From Felis catus (lineage: Eukaryota), in the NCBI RefSeq assembly GCF_018350175.1, contig NC_058368.1, positions 76,696,001 to 76,760,000 on the forward strand: a DNA stretch of 64,000 nt, given 5' to 3'. The notes beneath the pieces are model-generated. The model was not told where the DNA came from. It saw only the letters and a list, made by a program, of their open reading frames with translations, and made no database searches. Below are positions 1 through 12,976 of this stretch, piece by piece. A program made the position numbers and the translations under genes. Each line of letters starts with the position of its first letter. Positions within the stretch are counted from its first letter, which is position 1.

Positions 1-780
1 TCTTTTCTAAAAGAAAGGCAACAAATAGATTTTTCACATCATTTGAAGAAGGGGTAAATTTAAACGATATCATTTTCCCCAACATATCAAATCTGTTGTT
101 ACTTTCTTTAGGTCTTTTTGATGCCTTGATTTATTTAAAAAATATTAAATATGACATAAAATGCGCTCTATTTAACCACATTTACCTTTATTTATTATAA
201 ATCTACAAACGCTCCTCATCTTCAAACCCAGAAGGAACCCCGGGACAAACAGCAGGTGGTGATATTTTTTAAAGATGAATCTTCTTCGGCAAAATCTATG
301 CATTTTAGGGAACATATGGAAATGCAACTCATATGTGAAAATTACCAACAAGTAAAGAAAATTTTCAGAATGTTGGAGTAATACTATCATGACAGGTCAG
401 CAATACTCTAACAAACAGAAATGTCTGTAATCCCAGGGAAAGAGCGTAACTAAAAGCTTAAATCAGTTGGCTTAACCATTTAATCTCAACCATTTCTTTG
501 ACTTCCACTCTGCTGACTCAAAAAAATAAAAAAAATCAACAACAAAAAAACCAAGGAAGAGGAATTGAAGAGGTTGAGTTCATTCACCTAAAAGGTTACA
601 TCAGTGAAATAGGAGGTCCCACTCCCCTCTGTAGCAGATGTGCGCTGACGTTTGTAAAGTGGTGTTGATCATCATGATCACACAAAAAAAAAGAAAAAGA
701 AAAAGAAAAGAGACTCGTTTAACATGCATTTATTTTCATACGGTATTCTCTTCGACCAACATGGCCACTGGAAATACTAA

Positions 781-985
781 TTTCTTTTTTTTTTTTTTTG
801 AGGGGGGTGGGCAGAGCATGTGTGAGCAGGGGAGGGGCGGGGCGAGAGGGAGAGAGAGAACCCCAACAGGCTCTGCGCCATCAGCGTAGAGCCTGGTGCA
901 AGGCTCGATCTCACAAGCTCTGAGATCATAACCTGAGCCGAAACCGAGTCAGACACTTAGCCTACTGAGCCAACCAGGTGCTCCC
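781..985 (-). mobile_element. Can-SINE (SINEC), older diverged copy
   Basis: Reverse-strand GGGAGCACCTGGTTGGCTCAG head, CT-rich segment, A tail. Confidence 0.9.
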
Positions 986-1429
986 GGAAATGCGGATTTA
1001 TTTTTATTTACATACTTTGACAAGTGCCAGATCCCTGCCGGTCTCCTGTCTTACTGCGGTAGCAACAGCTCTGTTTGCCTGGCCAGGATGCCCAACTTAG
1101 AAGTGTTTACTTACGTGTCTGCTTACGGATGTATGCCAAGTTTGTTGCTACCAGAAGGATCATGCTCAAATCAACGATAACACTTGACGACATGGATGAA
1201 ACTTTGCATGTAATTCACAAGTCACTCAGATTCAAGTGCACATACTTAGGAATATCCCTCAGCCCTGTGAAATATTGCCTCCTCTATGATATAGAAATGC
1301 TGCTTCATGTTCTCACAGCTCTCATCTTGGACCATGGCCCGTATAAAGAATAGTCATAAGCTCACCAAAACTTACTCAGTATACACCAGACACATCAAAT
1401 TTGTCATTTTTATTAGCCTCTAAAACACA

Positions 1430-2135
1430 TCCACCCATTCATTGCACAAATGACTATTGAGCATCTACAAAGTATTGGACACTGTTCTAGGTGACGGGGA
1501 AATAATACAGAACAGGGACCCACCTTCCTGGAGTGGGCTTGGATTGTTGGCAAGTAAACAAGTAATCAATAATATAAATCCAGGGAGTTGCACTGTTTAT
1601 GAAAGAATTAAAACAGAGGCAGAGGATGTGGACCATCTGGTGGGGCTGAGGGGTTGTCAAGGAAGTCCTCCCCCAGGAGGTGACATTTCAGCAGCCACCT
1701 GAATGGTGAGAAGGAGCAGACCATTCAGAGATCTGTGGGAAGAAGTCCATAGTCAGGAAGCGCTGGGGCCCCACTGGGGCAACGGCATGACCGTCAAGGG
1801 GTGAAGCGTAGAGGAAGACCAGGATTCAATCCTGTAGGGGCATTAAGGTTTGATTCTTTACCTTCATTGTAATGGAGACCCTTTAGAATTGGATACAGGA
1901 AATGACATTATCTATTTTACATTTTTCCAAGATTGTGATCTGTGTGACAAATAGATTGTCCAAAAATGAGGATGCGTGCAGAAGACTATGTAAATGCTAC
2001 TGCAGGGTCCAGGAGAGGGACGACAGGGCATGGAGGACGGGAGCTACAGTGGAGACCGGGAGCTAGGTTAATCTTGGGTCTTCAGCAGGTGATGTCAAGA
2101 AGGGATGCACTGGGCAATGGTGTTATTATGGAAAC
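1430..2135 (-). mobile_element. L2 LINE 3' remnant
   Basis: CATTCATT...TATTGAGCATCTAC...CACTGTTCTAGGTG...GAGGTGACATTT, typical of the reverse-strand L2 3' end; highly diverged. Confidence 0.7.
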
Positions 2136-2139
2136 ACCT

Positions 2140-2550
2140 TGTGGAGACCAGACGGGAGTCAGGAAGGTTGGAGGAACACCCAGAGTGCCCCCCAAGTCTC
2201 ACCGCAGGGCTGGGCTGGGCAGAAGCATCCTGCACCGTCATGCAGTCTGAGGAAGGTTGGGCAGAATCCTGAGCCAGAGTCAGCTAACAAGGAGGCTCAC
2301 ATCTCCAAGGAATGGCTGCTATAGGAGCTCTGCCACACACAGTCCCTAGCAAGGAGCAGCCCTGGAGAGGTGCAGCTATAGCTCAAACACAGCAATGGAT
2401 CTCAAAGCTCAGCGGGGTCCATGTTCAGCTACACAAGTTCAGTAGGAGGTCGGTGAGGTGCACACTCGAGGCTACCAGGGAGTAGAGGTCAGGCCAGCAC
2501 TCACAGGAGAGAGGGAGAAGATGGTGCCTAGGGTCTGGTTCTAGGAGACA
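2140..2550. mobile_element. ERVL LTR16-like solo LTR remnant
   Basis: CAGTCCCTAGCAAGGAGCAGCCCTGG...GCTCAAACACAGCAATGGAT resembles the LTR16 family. Confidence 0.5.
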
Positions 2551-2554
2551 GAGT

Positions 2555-3070
2555 ACGTTGTGGTATATCCATGGTATATCCATGGATATGGTATATCCAT
2601 GCAGCAAACTACTTCACAGCAGCCGGGGCACTGAGAAGCTTCCCATGAACTGACAAGATTTACTAAGTCAGAAAAACAACGTCTAACATCTGTACAAAGG
2701 TATGCTCTTCAGCAGGAAAAAGGATCAAACTACTGATACAGGGTCTGTCTGGATGAAGAGTCATTGCACATGCTGAGTGAAGAAGCCCCACACAGAGGCC
2801 GTGAATCACGTGGTCACACTCAGATCCACTTCTGAATAAGGCAAAACCATTGAGATAGGACTCAGAAGACAGGTTTCCAAGGGAAAGGACTGGCTTCAAA
2901 GGGGCATGAAGGAACTTTCATAAAGGGTGATGGCCCATTCTAGATCCTGATCCTGGTGGCGCTTACACAATCGTAAGCATTGGTCAAAACTCATTGAACT
3001 ATTCACATTTTCGTGGTCCACTTTACTGAATATAACTTATACTTCAATAAACCTGACTTTAAAAAAAAAA
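2555..3070 (+). mobile_element. Old L1M (L1MC/ME-type) 3' end
   Basis: GTGGTATATCCAT...GCTGAGTGAAGAAGCC...GTCAAAACTCATTGAACT...ATACTTCAATAAA followed by an A tail. Confidence 0.75.
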
Positions 3071-3157
3071 ACCCACAAAGCGCAGAAGAAAAGTATGTTG
3101 AAGATGCTACCTTTGACATAAAAAAAAAAGAAAGAAAAGTAAGAATAAATATTGGCA

Positions 3158-3355
3158 GGGGCACCTGGGTGGCTCAGTCGGTTAAGTGTCTGACTTCAGC
3201 TCAGGTCATGATCTCATGGCTCATGAGTTTCAGCCCCATGTCGGGCTCTTCGCTGACAGCTCAGAATCTGCTTCAGATCCTCTGTCCCCCCTCTCTCTCT
3301 GCCCCTCCCCTGCTCCCTCTCTCTCTCTCTCTGTCAACAATAAACATTAAACAAA
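3158..3355 (+). mobile_element. Can-SINE
   Basis: GGGGCACCTGGGTGGCTCAGTCGG head; TSD-like AAGAATAAATATTGGCA / AAGAACAAATATTTGCA. Confidence 0.95.
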
Positions 3356-3689
3356 AAGAACAAATATTTGCATTTTCTTGTATAATTGTGTTAAATTGTA
3401 CAAGTATACACAAATGCATGAGTGGTGATGTTAGGAAAGGGAACACAGTGCATAAAAGACAGGTATGGGGGGGGTAATCTACTACACGCCTACACCCAAC
3501 ATCATGTAAAATAAATAAGTAAAATTACTTTATTTTTATATAGTTATAAAGAAAAGAGAGAGGGAGGACTCGGGAGGAGAGCGGACAACTACCATGGGTC
3601 CACAATGGCGATGTGCTTGTGGATATGTAGCAGCCCCGGGAAGAATAAGGAAAGGAGGAGAAGCAAGGATACCTGTTGCGCTTGCTCAG

Positions 3690-4166
3690 GGAGATGGTTG
3701 ATTTTATCTCAACTTGACCGGGCGAAGGGGCCCCTAGATGGCTGGTAAAACATTTTTCTGGTTGTCTCAGAGAGGATGTTTCCGGAAGGGATTAGCGATT
3801 GATGGGGTGGGCTGAAGAAAGAAGATCGCCCTCACCAAAGGTGGTGGACATCACCCAATCCATGGAGGGCTTGGTTGGAACACAAAAAGCAGAAAAGGGC
3901 AAATCGGTTCTTTCAACGGGAACATCTTGCTCCCCCTGCTCTTGTATGCGGGCGCTCCACTGGCGCTTGAGGTCCTGTGGCCCAGGACCTCAAGGACTCG
4001 GACTGAGTCACCCCACCGGTGCTCCTGGTCTCCAGCCTGCAGACAGTAGGTGGCAGGACTTCTCGGCCTCCATGATCGTGTGGGCCACTTCCTGCAGTAA
4101 GCCTCCTGTTGTAGCTCTCTTTCCGTTTCCTTTTGGTTCCGTTTCTCTGGAGACCTCCGACTTACT
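3690..4166 (+). mobile_element. MLT2 (ERVL) solo LTR
   Basis: GATGGTTGATTTTAT..CAACTTGAC...GCTGGTAAAACATT...TTTCCGGAAG...GGTTCCGTTTCTCTGGAGA matches MLT2 ends. Confidence 0.8.
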
Positions 4167-4169
4167 GTT

Positions 4170-4750
4170 TGAGAAGCCTGTTGGCACTTCCAGAGAGAGT
4201 TGACGAACAGCCTGGGGGCTGTAGTAGTCTCACATTCAGGGCTGAACTCCAGGCTGGGGACGAATGTCAGCAGCGGCGTAAGGTTGGGACAGGACAACGT
4301 GGAGAAGGAAGAGGAGTCTTGGGCCGTCCACAGGAAGCGTGCATGAAAAATAAGGGCAGCTGGATATGGCCACTGGTGTCAGGGGACAACGCAGGGAGAG
4401 AGGGGTCCCTAGGGTAAAGCCAACACCATGTCTTAAGAAGGAAAGTCTGGTCCACCGTGTCAGATGCGTCTGAGATGTCAGAGCACAGGAAGACCAAGAA
4501 TTGATGGCTGGATCTCTCATGACGCTCACTGGTGATTCTGACAAAAGCTGCCTTAGAGAAGGTGGTGGGGACAGCACTATGTTGGAATGAATTTGTTAAG
4601 GGGAAGATGGGAGGTGGGGATTGGTGACAGTGAATGGACACCAACCGAGCAAGCTCTGTAAAGGGATCCCAGGTTGAGAAAGAGTTGTTTTTCCATCTGA
4701 TTGCTGTCATCACACGTCTGTGTACTGACAGGAATAACACAGAGGGGAGG
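4170..4750 (-). mobile_element. L2 LINE remnant
   Basis: TTTGAGAAGCCTGT...AGAGTTGA...GTCAGATGC...GAGATGTCA...GGTGACAGTGAATGGACA, resembling reverse-strand L2 ORF2. Confidence 0.55.
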
Positions 4751-6379
4751 GATCAGAGCGTGCAAAGAGCTTGAACAAAAGTTGGAACAAAATTGTTTCC
4801 AAGGTGCTGCTTGGTAAATTTCCACCTGAAAGTACACCATGCGTACCCGATATCACTGCATGAGAGAACTGCTCTGCTGCGGGTCTAATTATCTATTTGT
4901 CATGGCCTAAAACAGCACAACCTCGCGCCCTTTCCAAATTAATAATTCTGTGCAGAAGCAGCTATTCATTTTCAAATTCTCAATTTAATTAAGGTCATTA
5001 CAGCTCTTTCAATAATATAATTCTCATTTGCTTTTAATACATCCCAACATTTTTCTTTCTTTGAAATCGGGTGACCTTTTAAAGTGTATCCTCCAATGTG
5101 CACCATGGGCATGAGGGGTGTCCAATGGCCGTCAAAATCCTTTACCTAAAACCAAAGGTGGTCGTCTTAGCGTGGCTTCTATAATAGTCATCACGGAGTC
5201 GTTCTTTCAGGGAAGGAACACGAGAAATGCAAAAACTAGTAAGACACGGTATCTTTTTCATAGGAAATGTATCAGCGGAAGAGGGGAGTTAAAATACCTG
5301 CATAAATCACTAAAATACGTCATTCATTAAGTTGCGTAAAGGAGGGGCAAGCCACTCTCCAGACCTGCAAGGGGACGTCGATTTCCATCCAGTGTGCCAA
5401 AGGACGGTGGGGCTGGGAGTGCCCCGGGAGGAAACTGAGGGTGCTTGCCAGTGAGGTGTGGGGTGGGAAACCACAACCCAGTACCCCAGAGCTGGTAGCA
5501 GCAAGAGCCACCACCCTCCGAGCCTCAAGGGACAAGTGTTCACTCAAAGGGAAGGGGTGGAGAGATTTCTGCAGAGAAGCAGCAAGAGTCCAAGGACACA
5601 ACCAGCCAGAAGTGACCTCATGGCAGGACAGACTTCCCTGGCTTCTCTCTCCTCCTTCCTCTGACCTCCTCCCGGGGACCCCCCCCCCTCACCGGGCCTC
5701 CCCAACCAGAAGCTGCAGCCTGGGACCTGTCCGTGCAGCCCAGACAGCATCCTGCGAATCGGGAAGGGAAATGGAAGCAAGCTGGAACAACAGATGTGAA
5801 GGGGGCGGCAGGAGATCTGAGATTGGAAAGTGAACAGAGATGAGGTGTGTTTCTCCAGGCGGACGTCAGAGGCAGACCAAACGCAGAAAAGTGCGGACCA
5901 GAAGTCTGGCATGCGTCAGCTGTGACTAGAAAGAGACAGAAAGAGACTAGGGACAGAAAGAGAACTAGAGTTCCGAGGATTTGGGCTGGCTGGGAACACG
6001 GTGCTCAGGGCTTCAGTTTGATTTTGCAGAAAAGGAAGGAGAGCTGAAAGTAACAAAGTGCCAGTGAGGCAAAGAGAAAAAGGGAGAAGAAGCAGGAGGC
6101 AAGAGGCAGACAAAACAGGAAGAAACTGCCTGGGAAAGTACCGAGGTGTGGACCGCGGTCTGTCTTTCCATAGCGCCTTTTAATTAAAATCATTCTTATC
6201 AGGGCAACAATTTAAGTGAATTTTCCAGAATAGCAGCGATTTGGCTACAACTAGAATATTTCCATCACCATGAGCACGATGAATAAGAAATATTTGGGGG
6301 AAAGGCAATGACCGTCATCTTGGAAGGGGCGAAATGCACTTTAGAACTTGACCGGACGCGGAAGCCTCGTTTTCACTTT

Positions 6380-7009
6380 ATAGAAATGGTGCTGCTGTTG
6401 TGGAAAACAGGTTGGCAGTTACTCAAGAGATTAAATGGAGAATGACCACGTGACCCAGCCGTTTCACTCCCAGGTATAGGTCCCCCCAAAATGGAAAGCA
6501 GGGACTTCAATAGATATTGGCACCTGTATGTTCATGGCAGCATTATTCACAAGAGCTAAAAGGAGGAAAGAGCCCAAGTGTCCATCCACAGACGAACGGA
6601 TAAACAAAACGTGGTAGGTACACCCAGTGGAATATTATTCAGCCATAAAGACAATGAAATTTTGATATAAGCTACAATATGAATGGCTCTTAAGAACATG
6701 ATACTTGGTGAAATAGATCAGACACAGGAGGACACACGCTTGATAATTCCACGCAAACGAGATACCTCAAATAGGCAAATCCAGAAAAAAGGAAGGTAGA
6801 ATAGAGGTTATGAGAAGTATGGGAAGAATTTTTAATTGTTCCTTGGGTTCAGGGTTTTTATTTGGGACGATAAAAAAGGCTGGGGTATAGATAGTGGTGA
6901 TGGTTATACAACACTAGGAATGTATTTTATTTCATTGACTTGTACAGTTGCAAATGGTCAAAATGGTAAACATCATGCTATTTATACTTTACCATAATTA
7001 GAAAAAAAT
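6380..7009 (+). mobile_element. L1MB-type LINE 3' end
   Basis: GTGGAAAACAG..TGGCAGTT...TGACCCAGC...ATGTTCATGGCAGCATTATTCACA...GGAATATTATTCAGCCATAAA...GATAGTGGTGATGGTT...TTTACCATAAT. Confidence 0.85.
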
Positions 7010-7010
7010 T

Positions 7011-7220
7011 GGGGCGCCTGGGTGGCTCGGTCAGTGAAGTGTTCAACTCTTAATGTTGACTCGGGTCATGATCTCACAGTTCATGGGATTGAGCCCCATG
7101 TCAGGCTCTGCACTGACAGTGCAGAACCAGCTTGGGATTCTCTCTCTCTCCCCTTCTGTCTGCCCCTCCCGTGGTCACCCTCTCTTTCTCTCTCAAAATA
7201 TATACACTTAAAAAAAAACA
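7011..7220 (+). mobile_element. Can-SINE inserted in L1 tail
   Basis: GGGGCGCCTGGGTGGCT head, CT region, A tail. Confidence 0.93.
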
Positions 7221-7227
7221 AAATCCA

Positions 7228-7450
7228 GGGGCGCCTGGGTGGCTCCGTCGGTTAAACATCCGACTTCAGCTCAGGTCATGATCTCACGGTTTGTGGGTTC
7301 AGGCCCCACATCAGGCTCTGTGCCAACAGCTCAGAGCCTGGAGCCTGCTTCCGATTCTGTGTCTCCCTCTCTCTCCGGCCCTCCCCGACTCATGCCCTGT
7401 CTCTCTCTGTCTCTCAAAAAAGGAATAAAAACATTAAAAAAAAAAAAAAA
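7228..7450 (+). mobile_element. Can-SINE (feliform type), tandem with previous
   Basis: Full head, GAGCCTGGAGCCTGCTTC motif, A tail. Confidence 0.95.
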
Positions 7451-7723
7451 CCTACCAAACTACACAACAACAAATATTGGTGTCAATATTTGTTTTTGCA
7501 ACAAATAATGTGCAACAAATACCTGGAAGCAATAGTTACATAATATTACACCAATATTTTCTCTTGATGTAATTTGCATCAAGAAGAATGAATCCCTGTG
7601 TCCACTTTTATGACGTCTCTTAAATTGCCATCCCTGCTAATGAAGAATAACATTATTATTCTGGAACACTCCACTAATAATCCTACTGTGTAGCAGGCAT
7701 ACTGCCTTTACTTCCCCATTAAC

Positions 7724-7726
<3 letters not shown>

Positions 7727-7764
<38 letters not shown>
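7727..7764. repeat. (AC)19 microsatellite
   Basis: Perfect dinucleotide run. Confidence 0.97.
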
Positions 7765-7766
<2 letters not shown>

Positions 7767-9873
7767 GGGTCAGGGGACGGGGACTCCTTTCTTTGCTTAT
7801 TCTAAGAAGCCATTCTGAGAGACCAATTTACACAGAAGTAAAGACCTAGTTGTACAAACTGTGGTCATTTTACAAACCATACACTGTCTGGGCTTCCGTT
7901 AAGGAAATACTGTGAGTTTAACGTTATCCAAGAAAATCAAAGAAGGATCATTCTAATGCAAATGACTCATTCTGAGCCATTCACCAATGGAAGTCTTCCT
8001 GAATGGCGCACAAGTTGAGTTGTTAATATAGTTTGTTTAGTTGCTTTTTGGTTGTTTCTTTTGGTCTATTTTACTTTAATCAGAGTAAAAAAATAACGGA
8101 GAAAGAAAAGGGGGGGGGCGGGGGACATGGGTGGTGAATTTCAAAACTTTTAAGTGTCTATTTTGCGTCACAAGCACATTTCCGAGCTGTTCCTGAGTCA
8201 GGACAATAGGAAATCACCCACTCAAAAGTAGACACCGAAGTTAACAGAATTAAATTAAATTACTCCCCTTGCATGTTTAAAATCCTTTCTCAATCTTTCA
8301 GCGAGATTCATTTCATCCACATGAAAAAGAAATTTAGAACTTGCCCTTTAAAGACAAAAATTAAAAGACCAGCAGCATCTTCGTGTCCAAAAAAAAGGGA
8401 CATTTCTTCTATTAATAAACTTGCCCTCGTAAAGTACCTCAAAGCATCTGTTATTTTCTGTTAAGATAAATGAGAAGGCAAAAATGACTTTGTTTCACAC
8501 CTGCTTGAACAGGAACAAAGGTGGCTTCACTAAGAAATGAGCGATAATTTCAAAAAGATGTAAACTAACAAGTTTCTAATTTTCTTCTTAAAAGCGGATG
8601 TTTTTAGGAGGCAAAAATTTCCCACTATTCATACACAGAAAACATTTTTCTAAATACTCCCTCTTTCACTTTTATTCATCATAAAGCGAATCTCAGCCTA
8701 CTAATACTGATGCTTTAGAGGAGCGTTTATAACAATAAAATTTTGTCTCGTGGCAAAAAGAAGTAAAAGGGAACTATTGAAATTAAATGCTCATGTTATC
8801 TTGCGACCCAAAGCCACGCTTGATCCTGCAGTGTTCTGAAACTTTGCCTACGGTTTTGAAATAGTCACAAGGAAGATTCTCAGGTTCCTGGTGGATTTCT
8901 TTCCATAACACTTTGGATCCCCCGTTGACTCAGCTGCAAGCAGTCTCCTGCCGAGAGCAAAAACAATCAGCACTTTGGAAACTGAGGCCCACATCAGCAA
9001 GAAAGGGCCTCATGATAAAGAACCCCCACGTCCCCAGGGGCCAGGCTGGGTGTGATTTCTATTCCACCTTCTGCAGGGAGATCTGTGAGCCCGCAGGAAT
9101 ATCTGGTGATTCCCCTTCTCATCTCCGGGAGCCAGTACCCAGGTCCTGTGTTTCGACAGAAGTCTGAAGACCGACCATCCCTCCTGTGTGCTATTAAAAT
9201 GTGTTCATCTAAGCAATAATTTTTTAGTGCCAAGCTTCAAAATTCTACCCTTAGTCCCCTTCCCCTTTCTCTTTTTTGACTCTTAACTGATGAAATAGAT
9301 CTCCCGAATGACTTAGCATCAGTACAGAAAAGGCTATCTTTGCCATCAAAGGGGTAACAAAGGCAGGAAAGCTGCCTCTCTGGGAAGCCCTCCTGGGCCC
9401 TGAATTCAATGTCATCTCTTTCAGGTAGCTATACTTGGGCCTTTCAAATACAATGAATCTGAGACTTTGCAGCAAAAATACTGTTTAGAGGGGGGAAAGT
9501 TAGACTTACTCTTTACATGGGCACTTTGTTTTGTCCGTTTCTTCCAGTTTCTCAAAATTAAATTTCGAAGACAAGTATTAAAATGCATGAAACAGATGAT
9601 GCCGCCACCTAACATACAATTCTCAAGTTCACTTTCCTTCGACGTCTCTTCCTACCACCACGGCCTTGTGGTGACGCAAGCACCGCCTTCCGAAACAGGG
9701 ATGGTTATCACACGGGAAACCATCGCGGTCGCACCATTACTATGCGATTAAAATCCAGCATATTTTCCTAATCAATGAACTATTTTACAGGTATTTACTT
9801 TTCGCAGCAAGCCCCCTGACTATTCCCGTTTTATATTTATATATCATTCGTGTTAGAAGTCCCTGACTTTCTT

Positions 9874-10087
9874 GGGGCACCCGGGGGGGGGCTCAGTCGG
9901 TTGAGCATCGGACTTCAGCTCAGGTCATAATCTTGTGCTTCGTGAGTTCAAGCCCCGCGTGGGGCTCTGTGCTGACAGGTCGGAGCCTGGAGCCTGCTTC
10001 GGATTCTGTGTCTCCCTCTCTCTCTGCCCCTCCCCTGCTCACACTCTGTCTCTCTCTCAAAAATAAAAAACTGGAAAAAAAAAAAAA
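9874..10087 (+). mobile_element. Can-SINE
   Basis: Full length; TSD AGTCCCTGACTTTCTT on both sides. Confidence 0.96.
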
Positions 10088-10137
10088 AGGGAGTCCCTGA
10101 CTTTCTTTAAATTGGCAAGCTGAGAGGTATTACTAGT

Positions 10138-10358
10138 TCTTTTTTTTTTTTTTTTTAAGTTTACTTATGTATTTTGAAAGAGAGAAAGCAAGAGCAGGGG
10201 AGAGAGCCCCGAGAAAAAGGGAGAAAAAGAATCCCAAGCAGGCTCCACCCTGTCAGTGCAGAGCCCAATGCGGGGCTCGAACTCACGAACCATGAGATCG
10301 TGACCTGACCCAAAAGCAAGACGTGGACGCTTTACCGACTGAACCACCCAGGCGTCCC
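10138..10358 (-). mobile_element. Can-SINE
   Basis: Poly-T, GA segment, ...CCACCCAGGCGTCCC. Confidence 0.93.
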
Positions 10359-10957
10359 AAGGTTCCAAGCAAGTTTGTTGCTCTTCTTCTAAATATATAT
10401 ATACATATACATAATGGCACTCCTTGCTTATTTTTAAAGTTTTCCATCAACTTTGGTGATAATTATATAATTAAATTTTGGAGCTGCAGACATTTTTTTA
10501 TAAGGTAGGTTTACCTCCCATATTTTAACATAAGATAGATGCAGAACCAAATTTGCATTTATGCTTCCTTTACGTGATTGGAAAATGTTATTTCAACCTA
10601 CCTACCTTCTCATGCTCTCAAAATGTTCTCAACTCATTTTCTAGTTCGAATAATCTACACTTATGTACTTGTTATTTATTTATAAGAAATAACATGTAAT
10701 AATGCCATGTTCGTATTTTACCTTGAGCTAGGATATTTTGAATGTCCTTTAGAAAATACCATCAAATGCTCATTTCAGTTTTCCCTCTAATAATAAATAC
10801 CACCCTAAAAAGTCACAAAACAATTTTTATCCATTTTTCTATCACTCTGAATTATTTTATATAGCTACTTTTGGTAGAAACATCCAAGTAAAAATGAATG
10901 TAAAGACAAAATGACAGGAATTTCTTTCACTTCTTAATGCTATGGAGAATCACCTCA

Positions 10958-11171
10958 TTTTTTTATTTTTTTTTAACCTTTATTCATTTCTGAGAGAGAG
11001 ACAGAGTGCAGGCAAGGGTGGGGCAGAGAGACAGGGGGACAGAATCCGAAACAGGCTTCAGGCTCCAATCTGTCAGCACAGAGCCCGACGCGGGGCTCCA
11101 ACCCACAAACCATGAGATCGTGACCTGAGCCGAAGTTGGACACTCAACCGACTGAGCCACCCAGGGGCCCC
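10958..11171 (-). mobile_element. Can-SINE
   Basis: Full length; TSD GAATCACCTCATTTTT. Confidence 0.96.
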
Positions 11172-11306
11172 ACGAATCACCTCATTTTTATAAATCTTCC
11201 CAATTACGTTAAAATAATGCCTTTGACTTACCTCGACGTAAATTGGCTGCCCCCAATGGGCATTGACAGATCTGAAACATAAGTTTATCTAAATGTTGGT
11301 GCAAGA

Positions 11307-11417
11307 GGTCGGCACCTGGGTGGCTCAGTCGGTTGAGTGTCCGACTCGGGTCATGATCCCAGGGTCATAGAATCGAGCCCCAAGTCTGGTTCTGAGCTGA
11401 GCACAGAGCCTGCATGA

Positions 11418-11462
<45 letters not shown>

Positions 11463-11550
11463 TCTTTCCCCCCTCTCCTGCCCCCACTCACGTGCACTCT
11501 TTCTGTCTAAAACTAAATACACACATATATACGTAAGTATTTAAAAAAAT
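11307..11550 (+). mobile_element. Can-SINE, older, with expanded (CT)n
   Basis: GGCACCTGGGTGGCTCAGTCGG head; TSD-like GTTGGTGCAAGA / GTTGGTACAAGA. Confidence 0.9.
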
Positions 11551-11942
11551 ACACGTTGGTACAAGAAAAAGAAAAAAAAAACCCACATCCATAACCAGCA
11601 AGCTAACTGTCGTCTGTGTAATTTAAAGGAAAAAATCTGCAAAAGAAGAAACATTTTCCCCTTCATGTTTAACATTTACTATAATCTCTCATCTCATTCT
11701 TTTGTCCCCCCTGAAGCATCCAGTCATTGTTAAGATTGTCAAGCATATTCTTCAGCCTGAATCTGTACCCCAGCCCATTTCGAGGAGTAATTCTATAAAT
11801 CTGCCCCAGAGCCCCCATGCACACCAGGGATTGGGTCCTGTCCCAGTGGGAAGATTCTTTAACTGGGGTGGTTGCTTTCTGAGCTTTTGCACAAGACCTT
11901 AAGAAGAGTCGGAGAGAGATGTTCATCTAAACTGATATTTGA

Positions 11943-12180
11943 GGGGCACCTGGGTGGCTCAGTCGGTTGGGCATCCGACTTTGGCTCAGGTCGTGATATC
12001 GAGGTTCGTGAGTTCGAGCCCCGCATCGGGCTCTGTGCTGACAGCTCAGAGCCTGGAGCCTGCTTCGGATTCTGTGTCTCCCTCGCTCTCTGCGCCCCTT
12101 CCCCGCTCATGCTCTGTCTCTCTCTGTCTCAAAAATAAATAAACCATTTAAAAAAATTTTTTTAAATTAAAAATAAATAA
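11943..12180 (+). mobile_element. Can-SINE
   Basis: Full length; TSD TAAACT(G/A)ATATTTGAG. Confidence 0.96.
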
Positions 12181-12466
12181 ACTAATATTTGAGTTGGACT
12201 TCCCAAAATTACCCTCCTTTTAATAACAACTGCAAAAAATAAGAAGTGCCCTTGAAGAAACATAATTACACACCTCAAAGTAGAATAACACAAAACTTCT
12301 CAGACGCTTTACTCTTTACTGCCAATGTGGATTTTTAACAAGCTCTTACCAAAAATACGCGAGGAACTGGAAAATCTTATTAGTAAAAGAGCCATTTACC
12401 TTTAGATGACATTTGAAACTTGAACACCCACAGTGTTGACAGAGGGTTATTTAAAATGCAGGGGGT

Positions 12467-12685
12467 GGGGCGCCTGGGTGGCGCAGTCGGTTAAGCGTCC
12501 AACTTCAGCCAGGTCACGATCTCGCGGTCTGTGAGTTCGAGCCCCGCGTCGGGCTCTGGGCTGATGGCTCGGAGCCTGGAGCCTGTTTCCGATTCTGTGT
12601 CTCCCTCTCTCTCTGCCCCTCCCCCGTTCATGCTCTGTCTCTCTCTGTCTCAAAAATAAATAAAACGTTAAAAAATAAAATAAAA
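12467..12685 (+). mobile_element. Young felid SINEC_Fc-type SINE
   Basis: Diagnostic GGCGCAGTCGG, CAGCCAGGTCACG, GGGCTGATGG, TGTTTCCG; perfect TSD TAAAATGCAGGGGGTG. Confidence 0.97.
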
Positions 12686-12976
12686 TAAAATGCAGGGGGT
12701 GAGGTAGGTAAGTAGAACATGGCAGAACCAAGAGGAAGTCAGCAGCCTGTGTGCTCGTCTTTATTTATTAAAATGTTTTTGGTGCTGGAAAGTCATATCT
12801 TTTGAATTCATTTAATGCTATTTGAGATCATATGACCAGACAGCCAAAGAAAAACATGAAAGCCACCTAGACCTCATGTTTGCAAGGAACCACAGAGGCA
12901 AGTTTTTAATCCCTCTTTTAGTCCAATACATGTGGTATAAATAAATATAGAAAATTAATAATAAAAACAGACACAC

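Noticed and set aside
2561..2600. TGGTATATCCA micro-repeats and the palindrome ATATCCATGGATAT, also found at 49537-49550
   Set aside because: Local slippage of an L1 motif; the second occurrence has no flanking similarity, so probably coincidence.
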